A stretch of DNA of 64,000 nt, taken from a virus. Numbering within the stretch: position 1 is the stretch's first letter; each line of letters begins with the position of its first letter. This document shows, in pieces, positions 9,622 through 19,655 of this stretch. Below the pieces are notes generated by a model. It saw nothing but the letters and a program-made list of their open reading frames with translations, searched no databases and was not told the origin of the DNA. Location of the stretch: IMG/VR virus record IMGVR_UViG_3300030049_000007. The stretch is one strand, 5' to 3'. A program made the position numbers and the translations under genes.

Positions 9622-9813
9622 TCAAATTGTAGCATGTTTGAAAAGAAACTTTCTATCCGCATCGGTCATCCGAAAATGAATTTTCTTTGTCATTTCGAAT
9701 GCATGATCCAAAATGATCTTTCTATCCAAAGAACCGTAATGCTTTTTGCAAAAATTCATTGCACCGATAAAGTCAGGTAGATATACCTGTCCGCGATAAA
9801 TGTCATTTGACAT
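9622..9813 (-). CDS. Hypothetical protein
   Basis: 63-aa ORF with GGAGG RBS directly after promoter copy 1. Confidence 0.65.
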   Translation of the reverse strand: MSNDIYRGQVYLPDFIGAMNFCKKHYGSLDRKIILDHAFEMTKKIHFRMTDADRKFLFKHATI

Positions 9814-9821
9814 ATATTACC

Positions 9822-9858
9822 TCCATATATATTATAACAAAATAACATCAATTATTGC
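9822..9858 (-). promoter_or_regulatory. Conserved phage promoter, copy 1 (GCAA-N18-TATAATATA.ATGGA)
   Basis: Same 37-nt architecture at 39109-39145 and 50931-50967. Confidence 0.7.
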
Positions 9859-9932
9859 ATATTCAAAAAATGTGTCACACGTAACTTTCCTGTTACCACT
9901 ATCTTGACGTAAACATTCGTGCTACAATACTT

Positions 9933-11045
9933 ATGATCGTAGGAGAACCAATGGTAATTAAGAGTAAAATTAAAGATCCAGAATTAGCTAATCGTGATGA
10001 GAAAATACGTCTACTTAATCTTGATCTTAAGAAGCTACAGCGCGAAGCAGTAAATGATAGAACTATAAGATCTGAAATATTTAAATTATCTAATGTAAAA
10101 TATAAAACTCCAAAATGGCTCAATGATAAAAAGGAAATTAATAGGAACTCATCACCAGGGGTTCCTATTTTAATATTATCTGATTGGCATGGTGGTGAGG
10201 TTGTCAATCCTAAAGAAATCTATAATGTCAATAAATATAATTTAGAAATAATGGAAAAACGTGCTAAGACCTTAATTGAAACTACAGTTAACCTTTTAAA
10301 ATATAGTAACTCACTAGCACCAATCTACCCTGGAATAGTAGTTCCAATTTTAGGTGATATGATTAGTGGAGATATTCACGAAGAACTTCGAGAAAGTAAT
10401 GAACTTCCCAGTATTCCAACCGTAGTATACATGTCAAATATTTTAATAAAATGTTTAGATATTTTAATCAAAGAGTTTAATTATGTATTCGTGCCATGCG
10501 TTACGGGAAACCATGGACGTAATACATTGAAAATGCGTGCCAAACAACGTGCATATACTAGTTACGATTGGCTTCTTTATCAAATGTTAGAAAGTCATTA
10601 TTCTCTAAAATATAAAGATACAGAATCTCCAATTCAGTTTATGATTCCTCTTTCTCCAGATCAATCATTTAAAGTATATAATACAAAATTTCTTATTACT
10701 CATGGGGATACATTAGGTAAGGGTGGTGATGGGATCATCGGTGCTATGGGACCTATTATAAGGGGAGACCAAAAAACTAGAGCCCGCAATTTACAAATTG
10801 GTATACCTTATGATATTATGTTATTGGGGCATTATCATCAATTAGTTTGGCATTCTAGATTTATTTCAAATGGATCACTTGTAGGATATAATTGTTATGC
10901 TTCAAATGTTTTACGTGCTCCATTTGAACCTCCTAAGCAGGCATTATTTATTGTCCATCCGGATCATAATGTCACAATGAAAATGGATGTATTAGTAGAA
11001 CATGAAATAAAAAAGAAGACAGAATGGGTTTCCATAGCTAAATAA
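9933..11045 (+). CDS. Calcineurin-like metallophosphoesterase
   Basis: SDWH, GDMISG, GNHG, THGD, GHYH motifs. Confidence 0.85.
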   Translation: MIVGEPMVIKSKIKDPELANRDEKIRLLNLDLKKLQREAVNDRTIRSEIFKLSNVKYKTPKWLNDKKEINRNSSPGVPILILSDWHGGEVVNPKEIYNVNKYNLEIMEKRAKTLIETTVNLLKYSNSLAPIYPGIVVPILGDMISGDIHEELRESNELPSIPTVVYMSNILIKCLDILIKEFNYVFVPCVTGNHGRNTLKMRAKQRAYTSYDWLLYQMLESHYSLKYKDTESPIQFMIPLSPDQSFKVYNTKFLITHGDTLGKGGDGIIGAMGPIIRGDQKTRARNLQIGIPYDIMLLGHYHQLVWHSRFISNGSLVGYNCYASNVLRAPFEPPKQALFIVHPDHNVTMKMDVLVEHEIKKKTEWVSIAK

Positions 11046-11072
11046 AAATTGCCCCTTAATGGGGCATTTTTA
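11044..11072. terminator. Bidirectional intrinsic terminator
   Basis: TGCCCC-TTAAT-GGGGCA flanked by A and T tracts between convergent genes. Confidence 0.7.
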
Positions 11073-11339
11073 TTATTCCTGAGTAAAGATAACTTTATAG
11101 TTCTTAGGAAGAATTTCCCAGTATTCACTATCAGTTACATTTATCCAATCAGTACTAAATTTACCAACTTCCCAAGTCTCATCTTCATCAGACAAAACAA
11201 GACCAGCATTCATATTTGTAAACAATACAATATTTCCATGCTTCTTAAGACGAGCTAAAAGAGGAAACTTAATAGGTTCAACTTGAATATCATTATTTTT
11301 AAATTCAATCTTCATTTTTAGGCTTCTCCTCAGATTCAA
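11073..11339 (-). CDS. Hypothetical protein (true start may be the internal MKIEF)
   Basis: ORF track; ends at the terminator. Confidence 0.55.
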   Translation of the reverse strand: MNLRRSLKMKIEFKNNDIQVEPIKFPLLARLKKHGNIVLFTNMNAGLVLSDEDETWEVGKFSTDWINVTDSEYWEILPKNYKVIFTQE

Positions 11340-11413
11340 GAATATGTTCAGCGGTTTTTACGATAATTTCAGCCCATCTTTTAATTTCAGTTACTATTTC
11401 AGGAAAGTCCATA

Positions 11414-11761
11414 TTACCATCCTTGAACATAAATCATGGTAAGTTCGTCTTTATCTTCCATAAATTCTTCTAGAAGATTAAGTAAACTTTTTTCGAAATT
11501 ACGTTCTTCATCAAGTTCTGATCTACTTTTAAGGCATTGTATAATATTCTTTAAATAAATAAGACTATATTCCATACCTGCTGTACAATTATCTAAATCA
11601 TCGCATATAATTTCATCACATAAATATTTAAAATATTCATCTCCTATTTCGTAAGATGAAGCAAGTTCTCCACATAAATCTTCTAAACTATAAACTTCAA
11701 AATTAACTGGTTGTAACATCTGCGCATTTCTCCGAACAACAGTTCTCATCATTCTTACCAT
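11414..11761 (-). CDS. Hypothetical acidic protein (true start probably MLQPVNF)
   Basis: ORF track. Confidence 0.55.
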   Translation of the reverse strand: MVRMMRTVVRRNAQMLQPVNFEVYSLEDLCGELASSYEIGDEYFKYLCDEIICDDLDNCTAGMEYSLIYLKNIIQCLKSRSELDEERNFEKSLLNLLEEFMEDKDELTMIYVQGW

Positions 11762-12449
11762 AAACTACTTCATTTTCATTTACCTTTTTTCCACAAATTT
11801 CACAATCAACTCCAGCCTCTTTATAACAAGATGGGCAAAGCCATTGATTTTCAAATTCTTGTAATTCTGTATTTCTATAGTCTTCTTCACAACTTTCGCA
11901 ATGGCTAATTATATTATTCATACAAGTTTCACAAAATACTTTATCCATATTTTGAATATAGAAAGTTTCATCTTCATGAAATAATCCACCGCATTCATCA
12001 CATTCTTGATATTTATTAAAACAAGTTTGACACATTAACTTTCCATCAATTCTGGCCCAATCAGATTCTAATTTTATATAAGATTCAATATCTGAAGATT
12101 CATTTAAACAATAAAATCCTAAATCACCATAGATAATCTTTTCTTTTCCAGAATAATAAATTTTATTTACATCAATGGAATATTTTTCACCGCATTCTTC
12201 ACAATGACAAATTTCTACATAATCTGTTTCTGGGCCGTAAGATTTATTTGATTCAATAATAATATTACCTTCTAAGGAAGTTTCATTGTCCATATGTTCC
12301 ATAATGGACAATTCATTTTTCTTCTCGCCTAAGCAAGCAGGGCAACCGATTCCCTGCTTGATTGAGTCGGCTTCCCAAGCTGCTACGTCGCCATGGTTTA
12401 ATCCATATACATCCCATGGTTCACCACACTTGATACATTTAATATCCAT
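11703..12449 (-). CDS. Multi-CxxC zinc-ribbon protein
   Basis: Many CxxC pairs (CIKC, CPAC, CEEC, CQTC, CDEC, CETC, CESC, CPSC, CEIC). Confidence 0.7.
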   Translation of the reverse strand: MDIKCIKCGEPWDVYGLNHGDVAAWEADSIKQGIGCPACLGEKKNELSIMEHMDNETSLEGNIIIESNKSYGPETDYVEICHCEECGEKYSIDVNKIYYSGKEKIIYGDLGFYCLNESSDIESYIKLESDWARIDGKLMCQTCFNKYQECDECGGLFHEDETFYIQNMDKVFCETCMNNIISHCESCEEDYRNTELQEFENQWLCPSCYKEAGVDCEICGKKVNENEVVYGKNDENCCSEKCADVTTS

Positions 12450-12919
12450 TAGTCATATTCCATAAAAAGATCAGAAACAACAATCTTCATATTTTTAGTT
12501 TGCATGAAACAATGAGGACCAAAATCAAGTTTAAATCTAATCTTACTAAAATAATCAAATGTTAAAATTTCTTGTACAATTCTATCTTTAATCCAAACTT
12601 TTTCATTGATAGCATTTTTAATAATTTCCAATCGCGTAATCTTTTTAACATCAACTATAGGATACAATTCTTCACGTCTAATAATATAAATTTTATTAAT
12701 CACATCTTCTACGAGATCATAAATCTTTGGAATATGTTGATATTTACCATTTTCTAACGCATGTTTATAATATAAATATTTAGGATATTCTTTAGTTACT
12801 ACAATTACCTTATTGTTATTACAATCATATATTCGTGTCTTAGGACTTTCGTAGATACATCCATAATCGCAATCAAGACTGTTTGTTAGATTCTGTAAAA
12901 TACCGTTCTTGAGCTTCAT
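12449..12919 (-). CDS. Possible degenerate protein-kinase-fold protein (T7 gp0.7-like)
   Basis: HIPKIYD...REELYP...LDFGPHCFM...IVVSD pattern. Confidence 0.35.
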   Translation of the reverse strand: MKLKNGILQNLTNSLDCDYGCIYESPKTRIYDCNNNKVIVVTKEYPKYLYYKHALENGKYQHIPKIYDLVEDVINKIYIIRREELYPIVDVKKITRLEIIKNAINEKVWIKDRIVQEILTFDYFSKIRFKLDFGPHCFMQTKNMKIVVSDLFMEYD

Positions 12920-13490
12920 GAATTTCTTCCTTAATAGTTTCTACTAGTTGATCATATTCCCAAAAATAATCTGTAGATGCATCAAGTCTAACTTTAGGTT
13001 TAGATTCACAAGCCTCATAATAATGAAGAAGTTCTCGTAATGCCAAATATCCATCTTCGACAAAACTTTGCTGATCTTCAGGTGAATGTAATTTCCAATC
13101 CCATTCACCATAACCATCCATTCCTGCACCGATTTGAGATTTAAGATTATCAGATTCAAGTGTGAATTCTACATTATAATAATTATGATTAGTAATTTTT
13201 AAAGTAATTGAATCATCAAATAATCTACTTACTTCATTATAAAAAAATGATTCAATTTCATCTAAAATATATTCGTAAACATCTTTTCCAGATTTAATAT
13301 GTTTTTCAATAATGTCTCTAGCTATATCTTGACATTCGTAACTATCATCACTTAATTCATCTTTAAAATAAAGCCATTCAGTTTGACCTTCATCATCCAT
13401 TATAGCTTCATCTATTCGTTCAATTATATCTTTATCAATATTAAATAATTGAATAAAATTTTCAAAGGATTCCTTGTAATTATAGATCAT
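12873..13490 (-). CDS. Hypothetical acidic protein
   Basis: 205-aa ORF. Confidence 0.65.
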   Translation of the reverse strand: MIYNYKESFENFIQLFNIDKDIIERIDEAIMDDEGQTEWLYFKDELSDDSYECQDIARDIIEKHIKSGKDVYEYILDEIESFFYNEVSRLFDDSITLKITNHNYYNVEFTLESDNLKSQIGAGMDGYGEWDWKLHSPEDQQSFVEDGYLALRELLHYYEACESKPKVRLDASTDYFWEYDQLVETIKEEIHEAQERYFTESNKQS

Positions 13491-13492
13491 TA

Positions 13493-14236
13493 TTAATAAC
13501 CCGCTTCTTCTGCACGATAATCTCTTTTACAACTACGTTTATTAGTATTGATAGACCATGGAGAACTATATTTTAAATCTTGTTCGTAGTATTCATCAGA
13601 ATAACTTTGAGTGTAATTTACTTTGCAAACTTCTTTATCTGCATAATCACCATAACTCATATAGAAATTATGATATTCAATTGGTCCATCACAATCACTT
13701 CCACCAGTTTCATTGGTAATTTCCCAATAAGGAAATCCTTGTTCATCTAATACTAATTCAATATATAAATGTCCATAATCATGACCTTCATCAGTACGTT
13801 CATAGTAATTAATTTGCGCACTACCATGAACAAGTTCAAGAATAAAATATTGTCTATAAGCTGGAATTTTAAGAACTTCACCAGTATTCTGGTCAAAAAG
13901 AAAACGACCTTCATTATCTTGAATTGATTCATTTTCAAGATTAGTATTAAAGAAAACTTTACCATAACCATCAATGATATTAAAATGTCTATTTTCTACT
14001 GGTTCACGAATATAGAAAGATTTTGGAAATTTAAATTCAACAATTTCATATTTATCTTTTTCATTAGGAAATTCTTTTTCAAGTATCTTTTCTGTATATT
14101 CTTTATTATTGGCAAAATAATAATATCCAGCAAGACTCTCGTATAAATTATTACCAGTAGTGAATGGAAATTCTTTTTCTCCAGAATATTCGGTTGGAAA
14201 TAATTTTGTTTCTTTATTGCGAATGATGTACATCAT
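13493..14236 (-). CDS. Hypothetical protein
   Basis: 247-aa ORF. Confidence 0.65.
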   Translation of the reverse strand: MMYIIRNKETKLFPTEYSGEKEFPFTTGNNLYESLAGYYYFANNKEYTEKILEKEFPNEKDKYEIVEFKFPKSFYIREPVENRHFNIIDGYGKVFFNTNLENESIQDNEGRFLFDQNTGEVLKIPAYRQYFILELVHGSAQINYYERTDEGHDYGHLYIELVLDEQGFPYWEITNETGGSDCDGPIEYHNFYMSYGDYADKEVCKVNYTQSYSDEYYEQDLKYSSPWSINTNKRSCKRDYRAEEAGY

Positions 14237-14409
14237 GGAATATATTCAAATTTAAGTTTACCTTCTTCGGCTAGAATATTATAAATCTCTTCATTATTTT
14301 CTACATTATCAATTTCTTCACTATACATTTCCTTAAAAGTTTCACATTTTGGATAACTTTCTGGATCTAATTCAAATTCTTTAACTAGCATTACTTTGAT
14401 TTTTGGCAT
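14233..14409 (-). CDS. Small hypothetical protein (58 aa, MPKIKVMLVKEFELD...)
   Basis: Read manually; fills the gap and overlaps the next gene by ATGA. Confidence 0.6.
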   Translation of the reverse strand: MPKIKVMLVKEFELDPESYPKCETFKEMYSEEIDNVENNEEIYNILAEEGKLKFEYIP

Positions 14410-14411
14410 AT

Positions 14412-14669
14412 CTATTTATTCCTTTTATGACGATTAATAGAAGCTAACTTACGACGTTCATGTCGATTATAACTATTAAATTCAGATTGAGTCATTTCTT
14501 TACGACGAATAACCACTTCACCCTCACGCAATTCAGAGATCATTTTATTTCGAATCTCATCTTCATCTTTACCAGTATAAACTTTTTGAACAATTTCATC
14601 TTTATAGCGAGTTTCTTGCATATTAGTTTCCTCGAATTTTAATTGCGCCAGCATGACGCGGGATCCCAT
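14412..14669 (-). CDS. Hypothetical protein (likely start MQETRY)
   Basis: ORF track; C-terminal NRHERRK basic motif. Confidence 0.55.
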   Translation of the reverse strand: MGSRVMLAQLKFEETNMQETRYKDEIVQKVYTGKDEDEIRNKMISELREGEVVIRRKEMTQSEFNSYNRHERRKLASINRHKRNK

Positions 14670-15906
14670 ACTTACTTAATATCTGATAAGTAAATTCTAG
14701 ACTTAATCCAATATAATCTTGCTTATTATTCCAAATTTCTTGACGCTTTTCATGAGAAAGTTTTCCGGGTGCAATTTCAAAAGTTTTATCAAGCCATTTA
14801 ACCATGAACTTTCCAACCATACCTTGATGACTAGCTTCCCCCTCTAAAATATCTACAATCTTACCTTCTGTTGATTCTTGAGGTTTAATCTTAATCCAAT
14901 CATCACTTCTCTTAGTCCCAACAGAAGGACTATAGATATGATCAATTGTTTTCAATACCGCACCCTCATACTTTTGTTCTAGAAATTGTTGATAATAACC
15001 ATCAATTAAAGTATAGAATTGATCTTCGTTAGAAGGAGTAATTTTAAAAGATGGAATAACTCTAAAATTAATTAATGAAGGTGTATTATTAATTAACATA
15101 CAAGTTCTTTCATAAACACTTTCGTACGTTTCGGTATGATTTTTACTTAACCATTGAGTTAATTTATAACTTCCAAAGAGAGTTAAGATAGAATCTTCAA
15201 CTTGTTCAGTTTTACGTCGAATAGCTCCAACCTCTTCTAAACAAGCTCCAGATTCTACTTCACCATCCATAACAAAACAACTATCCCAAAATGCATCATT
15301 AACTTGTTTTTCAAGAATTTGCAAGGATGTAATATCTTTTCCAGTACGTGTATAAAATTTAATTCCTTGATTTGGATATTTAATTCCAATACATCTCATA
15401 CCATCAATTTTTGGCTGAATAACATATGAGTTATTAAATTTAATATTCTTTACTTTATCTAATCTTTTAGCAAACATTACTTCAAATTGTTTAATATTTA
15501 ACTTCTTACAATACTTATTCACATCTGTAGCATTAATACCAAGACGTAACTTATTGTCGAGAATATTAAGAAACATCTCAACTTCATCAGAACCATTTAA
15601 TTGATTAGCAAAATCAATACATTTCTGATTAGCTGCATTACCTCTAAGCTCTTCTGAAGATAGGATATTTAATAGGCTAAAAAGTTCTTCGTCTAACTCT
15701 TGGTTAGATTTAAATGACAATAGACCAATATCAGAAAGTCCAGAATTAATTTTATCTACAACAGCAAAAAACCTCACATCTTTATCAAAAATAATATTAA
15801 GTAATTTTGGATAAAAATCTCCTTGATTGGCAATTTCATCTAATAAATAAGCTTTATCAATCTTCTTCCCAACTTGACCGATCTGTACTAATTGTTTCAA
15901 GATCAT
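14623..15906 (-). CDS. lig: ATP-dependent DNA ligase
   Basis: QPKIDGMRC (motif I), MDGE, EGAVLK, WIKIKP, OB-fold C-terminus ending GIPRH. Confidence 0.9.
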   Translation of the reverse strand: MILKQLVQIGQVGKKIDKAYLLDEIANQGDFYPKLLNIIFDKDVRFFAVVDKINSGLSDIGLLSFKSNQELDEELFSLLNILSSEELRGNAANQKCIDFANQLNGSDEVEMFLNILDNKLRLGINATDVNKYCKKLNIKQFEVMFAKRLDKVKNIKFNNSYVIQPKIDGMRCIGIKYPNQGIKFYTRTGKDITSLQILEKQVNDAFWDSCFVMDGEVESGACLEEVGAIRRKTEQVEDSILTLFGSYKLTQWLSKNHTETYESVYERTCMLINNTPSLINFRVIPSFKITPSNEDQFYTLIDGYYQQFLEQKYEGAVLKTIDHIYSPSVGTKRSDDWIKIKPQESTEGKIVDILEGEASHQGMVGKFMVKWLDKTFEIAPGKLSHEKRQEIWNNKQDYIGLSLEFTYQILSKYGIPRHAGAIKIRGN

Positions 15907-16063
15907 CTATGTAAACTCCACAGATAGAACATCTCTCATTGAGGAAGTTCTTATCATTATTCATTATAGGAAGGTGATTACTACGCGCATGTTTAGCGCA
16001 ATAGCAGTCACCGTATTCAGGATCGTAATATCCAATTACTTTAAGTGCAATGTTTTGAGGCAT
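15857..16063 (-). CDS. Small Cys-rich hypothetical protein
   Basis: CYCAKH...CSIC. Confidence 0.5.
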   Translation of the reverse strand: MPQNIALKVIGYYDPEYGDCYCAKHARSNHLPIMNNDKNFLNERCSICGVYIDDLETISTDRSSWEED

Positions 16064-16662
16064 TTCTCAAACTCGTTATACGATTCAAACTTGAGGATTT
16101 CTGGACGATCAGGGCATTCAAAGAAAGTCTTCACGACTGTCCACTGTCCATCCGTTTCTTTGGAGATAGTAACTTTATTACTAAGATATCGTTTATTCTT
16201 TCCAATAATAATATTTTTACCCTTAACGTTTGCGATCTTAATCTCTACATCGATAATTCCAGTATTAATATGATCATAAAGATCCTTTTTGTATAACTGA
16301 TTTTCTACTTTCTGCCTATATTCAAAAGTATGAACTTCCTTAAGTTTATGCTCCGAAGATAGAATCCTCTCAATTTTTTCTTTAGTAGTACATCCACTAA
16401 TATCAATAACACCTTCAAGTAGATTTTCTTCGGATAACTTTTTAACCCCAGTAGGATGATTTGGAATTTCAATATTAATCAAATAATATTTAACCCCACG
16501 ACCCTTACCACCCTTCTTAACTTCCTGAAGATCTAATGCTGCATTAACTAACCTCTTAATATCATTAAGATTATCATCTCCAAATTCATTTCTCAGATCA
16601 TCTACACTGGCTCCAGATGTTCCATGTTTACCAAGACTTTTCAAAAGATCAGCTAACCGCAT
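16036..16662 (-). CDS. Winged-helix protein, paralogue 3
   Basis: N-terminal wHTH-like region ending GGKGRGVKYY; C-terminal domain similar to the neighbour. Confidence 0.55.
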   Translation of the reverse strand: MRLADLLKSLGKHGTSGASVDDLRNEFGDDNLNDIKRLVNAALDLQEVKKGGKGRGVKYYLINIEIPNHPTGVKKLSEENLLEGVIDISGCTTKEKIERILSSEHKLKEVHTFEYRQKVENQLYKKDLYDHINTGIIDVEIKIANVKGKNIIIGKNKRYLSNKVTISKETDGQWTVVKTFFECPDRPEILKFESYNEFEKCLKTLHLK

Positions 16663-17267
16663 TAAATTTCTCCAGAAAAAAGAATTCTTAGATATTCCCT
16701 CATATCTTCATAATCATTAAAAGTCTCTACTTCAAATGATTCAGTATGAGTATTATATTTATTAATAATAAACTTTCTTCCAATTTGTTTAATTCCCATC
16801 TTATTATAAACTGTGCGAGAGATCTTTTGACCAATTACATTCTTCTTTTTTACCTTATCATATCTTACAAAATTCTGTTCTATAACAGATCCAGATTTGA
16901 AGAATGAAACTAAATCTTTATCATCTTTTCCAAACTTCATAATATTACAAAATACACCTTCTCCAGAAACTGGTTTATCTGATTTCAAAATAGATTCCAA
17001 TTCTGAATGATCTAATGAATCTGCAAATTCTTCAACTTCCGATTCTTTCTTTGGTTCTGGTTTTACGGGCTCTATACCTTTAGCATAATATCTAGTTCCG
17101 CGCTTTTTACCTTCTGTAAAAATTTCATCATTATTAAGTCCAGATTTAATATATTGTTTCAATAAAGATTCATCTTCGAATAATTCTTTTAACTCTCCCA
17201 TTGAAGCGCCAGTTGGTTGAGTTTTCAAATATGTTACTAACTCTCTAAGACTATCCATTTTTGACAT
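16662..17267 (-). CDS. Winged-helix protein, paralogue 2
   Basis: GASMGEL...EGKKRGTRYY. Confidence 0.55.
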   Translation of the reverse strand: MSKMDSLRELVTYLKTQPTGASMGELKELFEDESLLKQYIKSGLNNDEIFTEGKKRGTRYYAKGIEPVKPEPKKESEVEEFADSLDHSELESILKSDKPVSGEGVFCNIMKFGKDDKDLVSFFKSGSVIEQNFVRYDKVKKKNVIGQKISRTVYNKMGIKQIGRKFIINKYNTHTESFEVETFNDYEDMREYLRILFSGEI

Positions 17268-18180
17268 TTGTTAGCCCATATATGAAACTAATACCATCTT
17301 TTATATTTTCAAATTTCTTAAGTTGATTTATAGTTCCATTTTTCATAAATTTAATTTGAAAAATATCATTTCTATCTAAACCAACACTAATTGCAGTTGC
17401 TTCATCGGAAATAAGAAAATTACTTAATTCATCGATACGTTCTTCTACTCTTCGTTCTTTACTTAACTCTTCCATAATACTTTCAACTTCACTACAAGAT
17501 ACTGTTTTATAAATATATTTAGAAGACTTTCTAACGCCTTCGTGATAAATCTCTTCTTCATTACAAAGTTTATTTAATACATCAATAATATCACTTCTAC
17601 TTAATTCTAATTCTTCAATTATCATTGGAATTGTTACTACTTTACGCTTTTTAATAAAATCTAAAATATCACTATAATTATTACTTGGTGTATCATTCTT
17701 ATTTTCTTTAACTTCTTCAGATTCAGAATCACCTTTACCAACTAATCTATATTTGGTCCAACGTAAAGATCCTTGTGATTCCACTTTCTTTTCTTCAATC
17801 AATTCCTTAACTGATGACAAGATGTTAGGAACTGAAACATCATCAATTCCCAACTCAGTTCTAGCCCACCACCCTGGAAACTTTTCTGACAGGTCTAGGA
17901 TGCGTTGCTTTAAATCAGAATTAGAGGTATTGAAAGTTTCAGATACTTCTACTTCTTCTTTTAAATTCATATTAGATGTATAATAGGCTCCTTTTTTATT
18001 ACCGATCATTTGAATTCTATTTTCGATACGCAAATTATTTAAGGCATAGCGCAAAACAAATTCAGGGTTATTTGGATACTTCTCAAACAAATCTTTTGTT
18101 GTAAAAGTTTCTTTTGTAGAAGCAAATTTTAATATCTTTTCTTCTAACTCAATTGGAATGTCTTTCTTTTCGATTCCCAA
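17251..18180 (-). CDS. Protein with three winged-helix-like repeats
   Basis: Repeats ending GNKKGAYY, QGSLRWTKY, EGVRKSSKY. Confidence 0.6.
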   Translation of the reverse strand: MGIEKKDIPIELEEKILKFASTKETFTTKDLFEKYPNNPEFVLRYALNNLRIENRIQMIGNKKGAYYTSNMNLKEEVEVSETFNTSNSDLKQRILDLSEKFPGWWARTELGIDDVSVPNILSSVKELIEEKKVESQGSLRWTKYRLVGKGDSESEEVKENKNDTPSNNYSDILDFIKKRKVVTIPMIIEELELSRSDIIDVLNKLCNEEEIYHEGVRKSSKYIYKTVSCSEVESIMEELSKERRVEERIDELSNFLISDEATAISVGLDRNDIFQIKFMKNGTINQLKKFENIKDGISFIYGLTNVKNG

Positions 18181-18182
18181 CT

Positions 18183-18410
18183 TTACAATTCCTCAGGAAT
18201 TAATTCCTCTTCAGTATAATATTTACCATCAACTTCATAATTAATGCTTAATACTTCGCCACAGACTTCTTCTGTTTTAGCATCTTGTTTACTAATTAAA
18301 TTCCATAATTTTTCATTATCTTCATTTAATTCTTTCAAATGATCTAAATTTTCTATTTCAAATTCAATATTTTCCGTAACATTATGCTCAAGAATCATTG
18401 TTACTTTCAT
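18183..18410 (-). CDS. Hypothetical acidic protein
   Basis: 75-aa ORF with TAATG coupling. Confidence 0.6.
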   Translation of the reverse strand: MKVTMILEHNVTENIEFEIENLDHLKELNEDNEKLWNLISKQDAKTEEVCGEVLSINYEVDGKYYTEEELIPEEL

Positions 18411-19042
18411 TATACTTCTCCAAGAATTAATTCCTTAAAATAAGGAAGTTGTTCGATTGCAGGGCAGATAACTTCACGCCATTCTGGCATTCTGTGATTA
18501 AGTCTGTCTCTATGTATGGACGCAAGACATTCATAACTAAATGATCTATTACGAGCCTGTAACCAACCTTCCGGTAAACATGACTTCAGAATTTCAATTG
18601 GAATTTCTTGTCGAGAACCATATTGAAGAACTAATGAATCAATATTCCATTTAAATTGATTAATTACATATTCGGGAGTATAATCTACAAACATATCTTT
18701 AGTAATTTCTTTAACTTCTTTTAAAAGTGTATACATGGTACTTTCAGAAGAGATATTACCCACACCAACACTATAAGTATCCAGTTCAGCCCATATAGAA
18801 CGTGGCATATTAATGTGGAACCAAGCCGTAATACCTCTACGAAATTTACTATGCACAGGACCTTGTTTAATTAATTTAGATGCAAGAGCGGCATCTTTAG
18901 GACCAAGAATTAAGTTAGTGTCATAAGGAAATTTTGCTTTTAATTCAATTCGAGAATCACCTTTTGATTTAGTTGGAAATCTCATTCCAGCGGTAGATGC
19001 TATAAAACCAGCAACTTCAATTAATTTAAATTCTACATTCAT
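18410..19042 (-). CDS. ThyX-like (flavin-dependent thymidylate synthase fold) protein
   Basis: HSKF, PRSIWAELDTY, SSEST, LPEG, RLNHRMPEW motifs of the divergent phage ThyX-like family. Confidence 0.65.
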   Translation of the reverse strand: MNVEFKLIEVAGFIASTAGMRFPTKSKGDSRIELKAKFPYDTNLILGPKDAALASKLIKQGPVHSKFRRGITAWFHINMPRSIWAELDTYSVGVGNISSESTMYTLLKEVKEITKDMFVDYTPEYVINQFKWNIDSLVLQYGSRQEIPIEILKSCLPEGWLQARNRSFSYECLASIHRDRLNHRMPEWREVICPAIEQLPYFKELILGEV

Positions 19043-19051
19043 ATCATATCC

Positions 19052-19246
19052 TTATGACAGACCAATTAAGTTATCAACTAAAATTTCTTCAAGTTCAATA
19101 TTATATAAATAATGTTCAATACAATTAATATTTTCTGTTAATAAAATTTCAGTAGGAATATTAAAATGTAATTGTAGATTACACTTAATAGATCTATTAA
19201 TATTTATAGTTTCAAGTTTATCAATTTCATATTTGATAGAATGCAT
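19052..19246 (-). CDS. Hypothetical protein
   Basis: 64-aa ORF tiling the operon. Confidence 0.5.
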   Translation of the reverse strand: MHSIKYEIDKLETININRSIKCNLQLHFNIPTEILLTENINCIEHYLYNIELEEILVDNLIGLS

Positions 19247-19247
19247 A

Positions 19248-19655
19248 TTAAAGATTTGGATTAAGTGAAATCTTATAATTCATAGCTTTATCAAATGCTG
19301 TGAAGATAGGTTCCATACAAGCACTCCAGTCAAATTCTTCAGATTGGTCTGTGTATGTATTCCCACTATCTTCATCCATATATTCATAATTAGAACATTC
19401 AATTTGCTCCGCGACAACCCCATCTAACAAAATTAATTTTTCCAAATCATTATTACCTAAAGATCCAACCACGGGAAATCGAAAACTACAATATCGATTC
19501 TTGCCATATTCATCAGGATTATTGAATCTGATATAGCAAAAATCATGATCAATTCTACTAGTCCATTTCCAGGTGTGGCCGTAGAGATTGGCACACAATA
19601 CCTGAAGTGAACCTAATGAAATAATTCTAACTTTATTTACTAACCAAGTGATCAT
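19248..19655 (-). CDS. Hypothetical protein
   Basis: 135-aa ORF. Confidence 0.6.
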   Translation of the reverse strand: MITWLVNKVRIISLGSLQVLCANLYGHTWKWTSRIDHDFCYIRFNNPDEYGKNRYCSFRFPVVGSLGNNDLEKLILLDGVVAEQIECSNYEYMDEDSGNTYTDQSEEFDWSACMEPIFTAFDKAMNYKISLNPNL

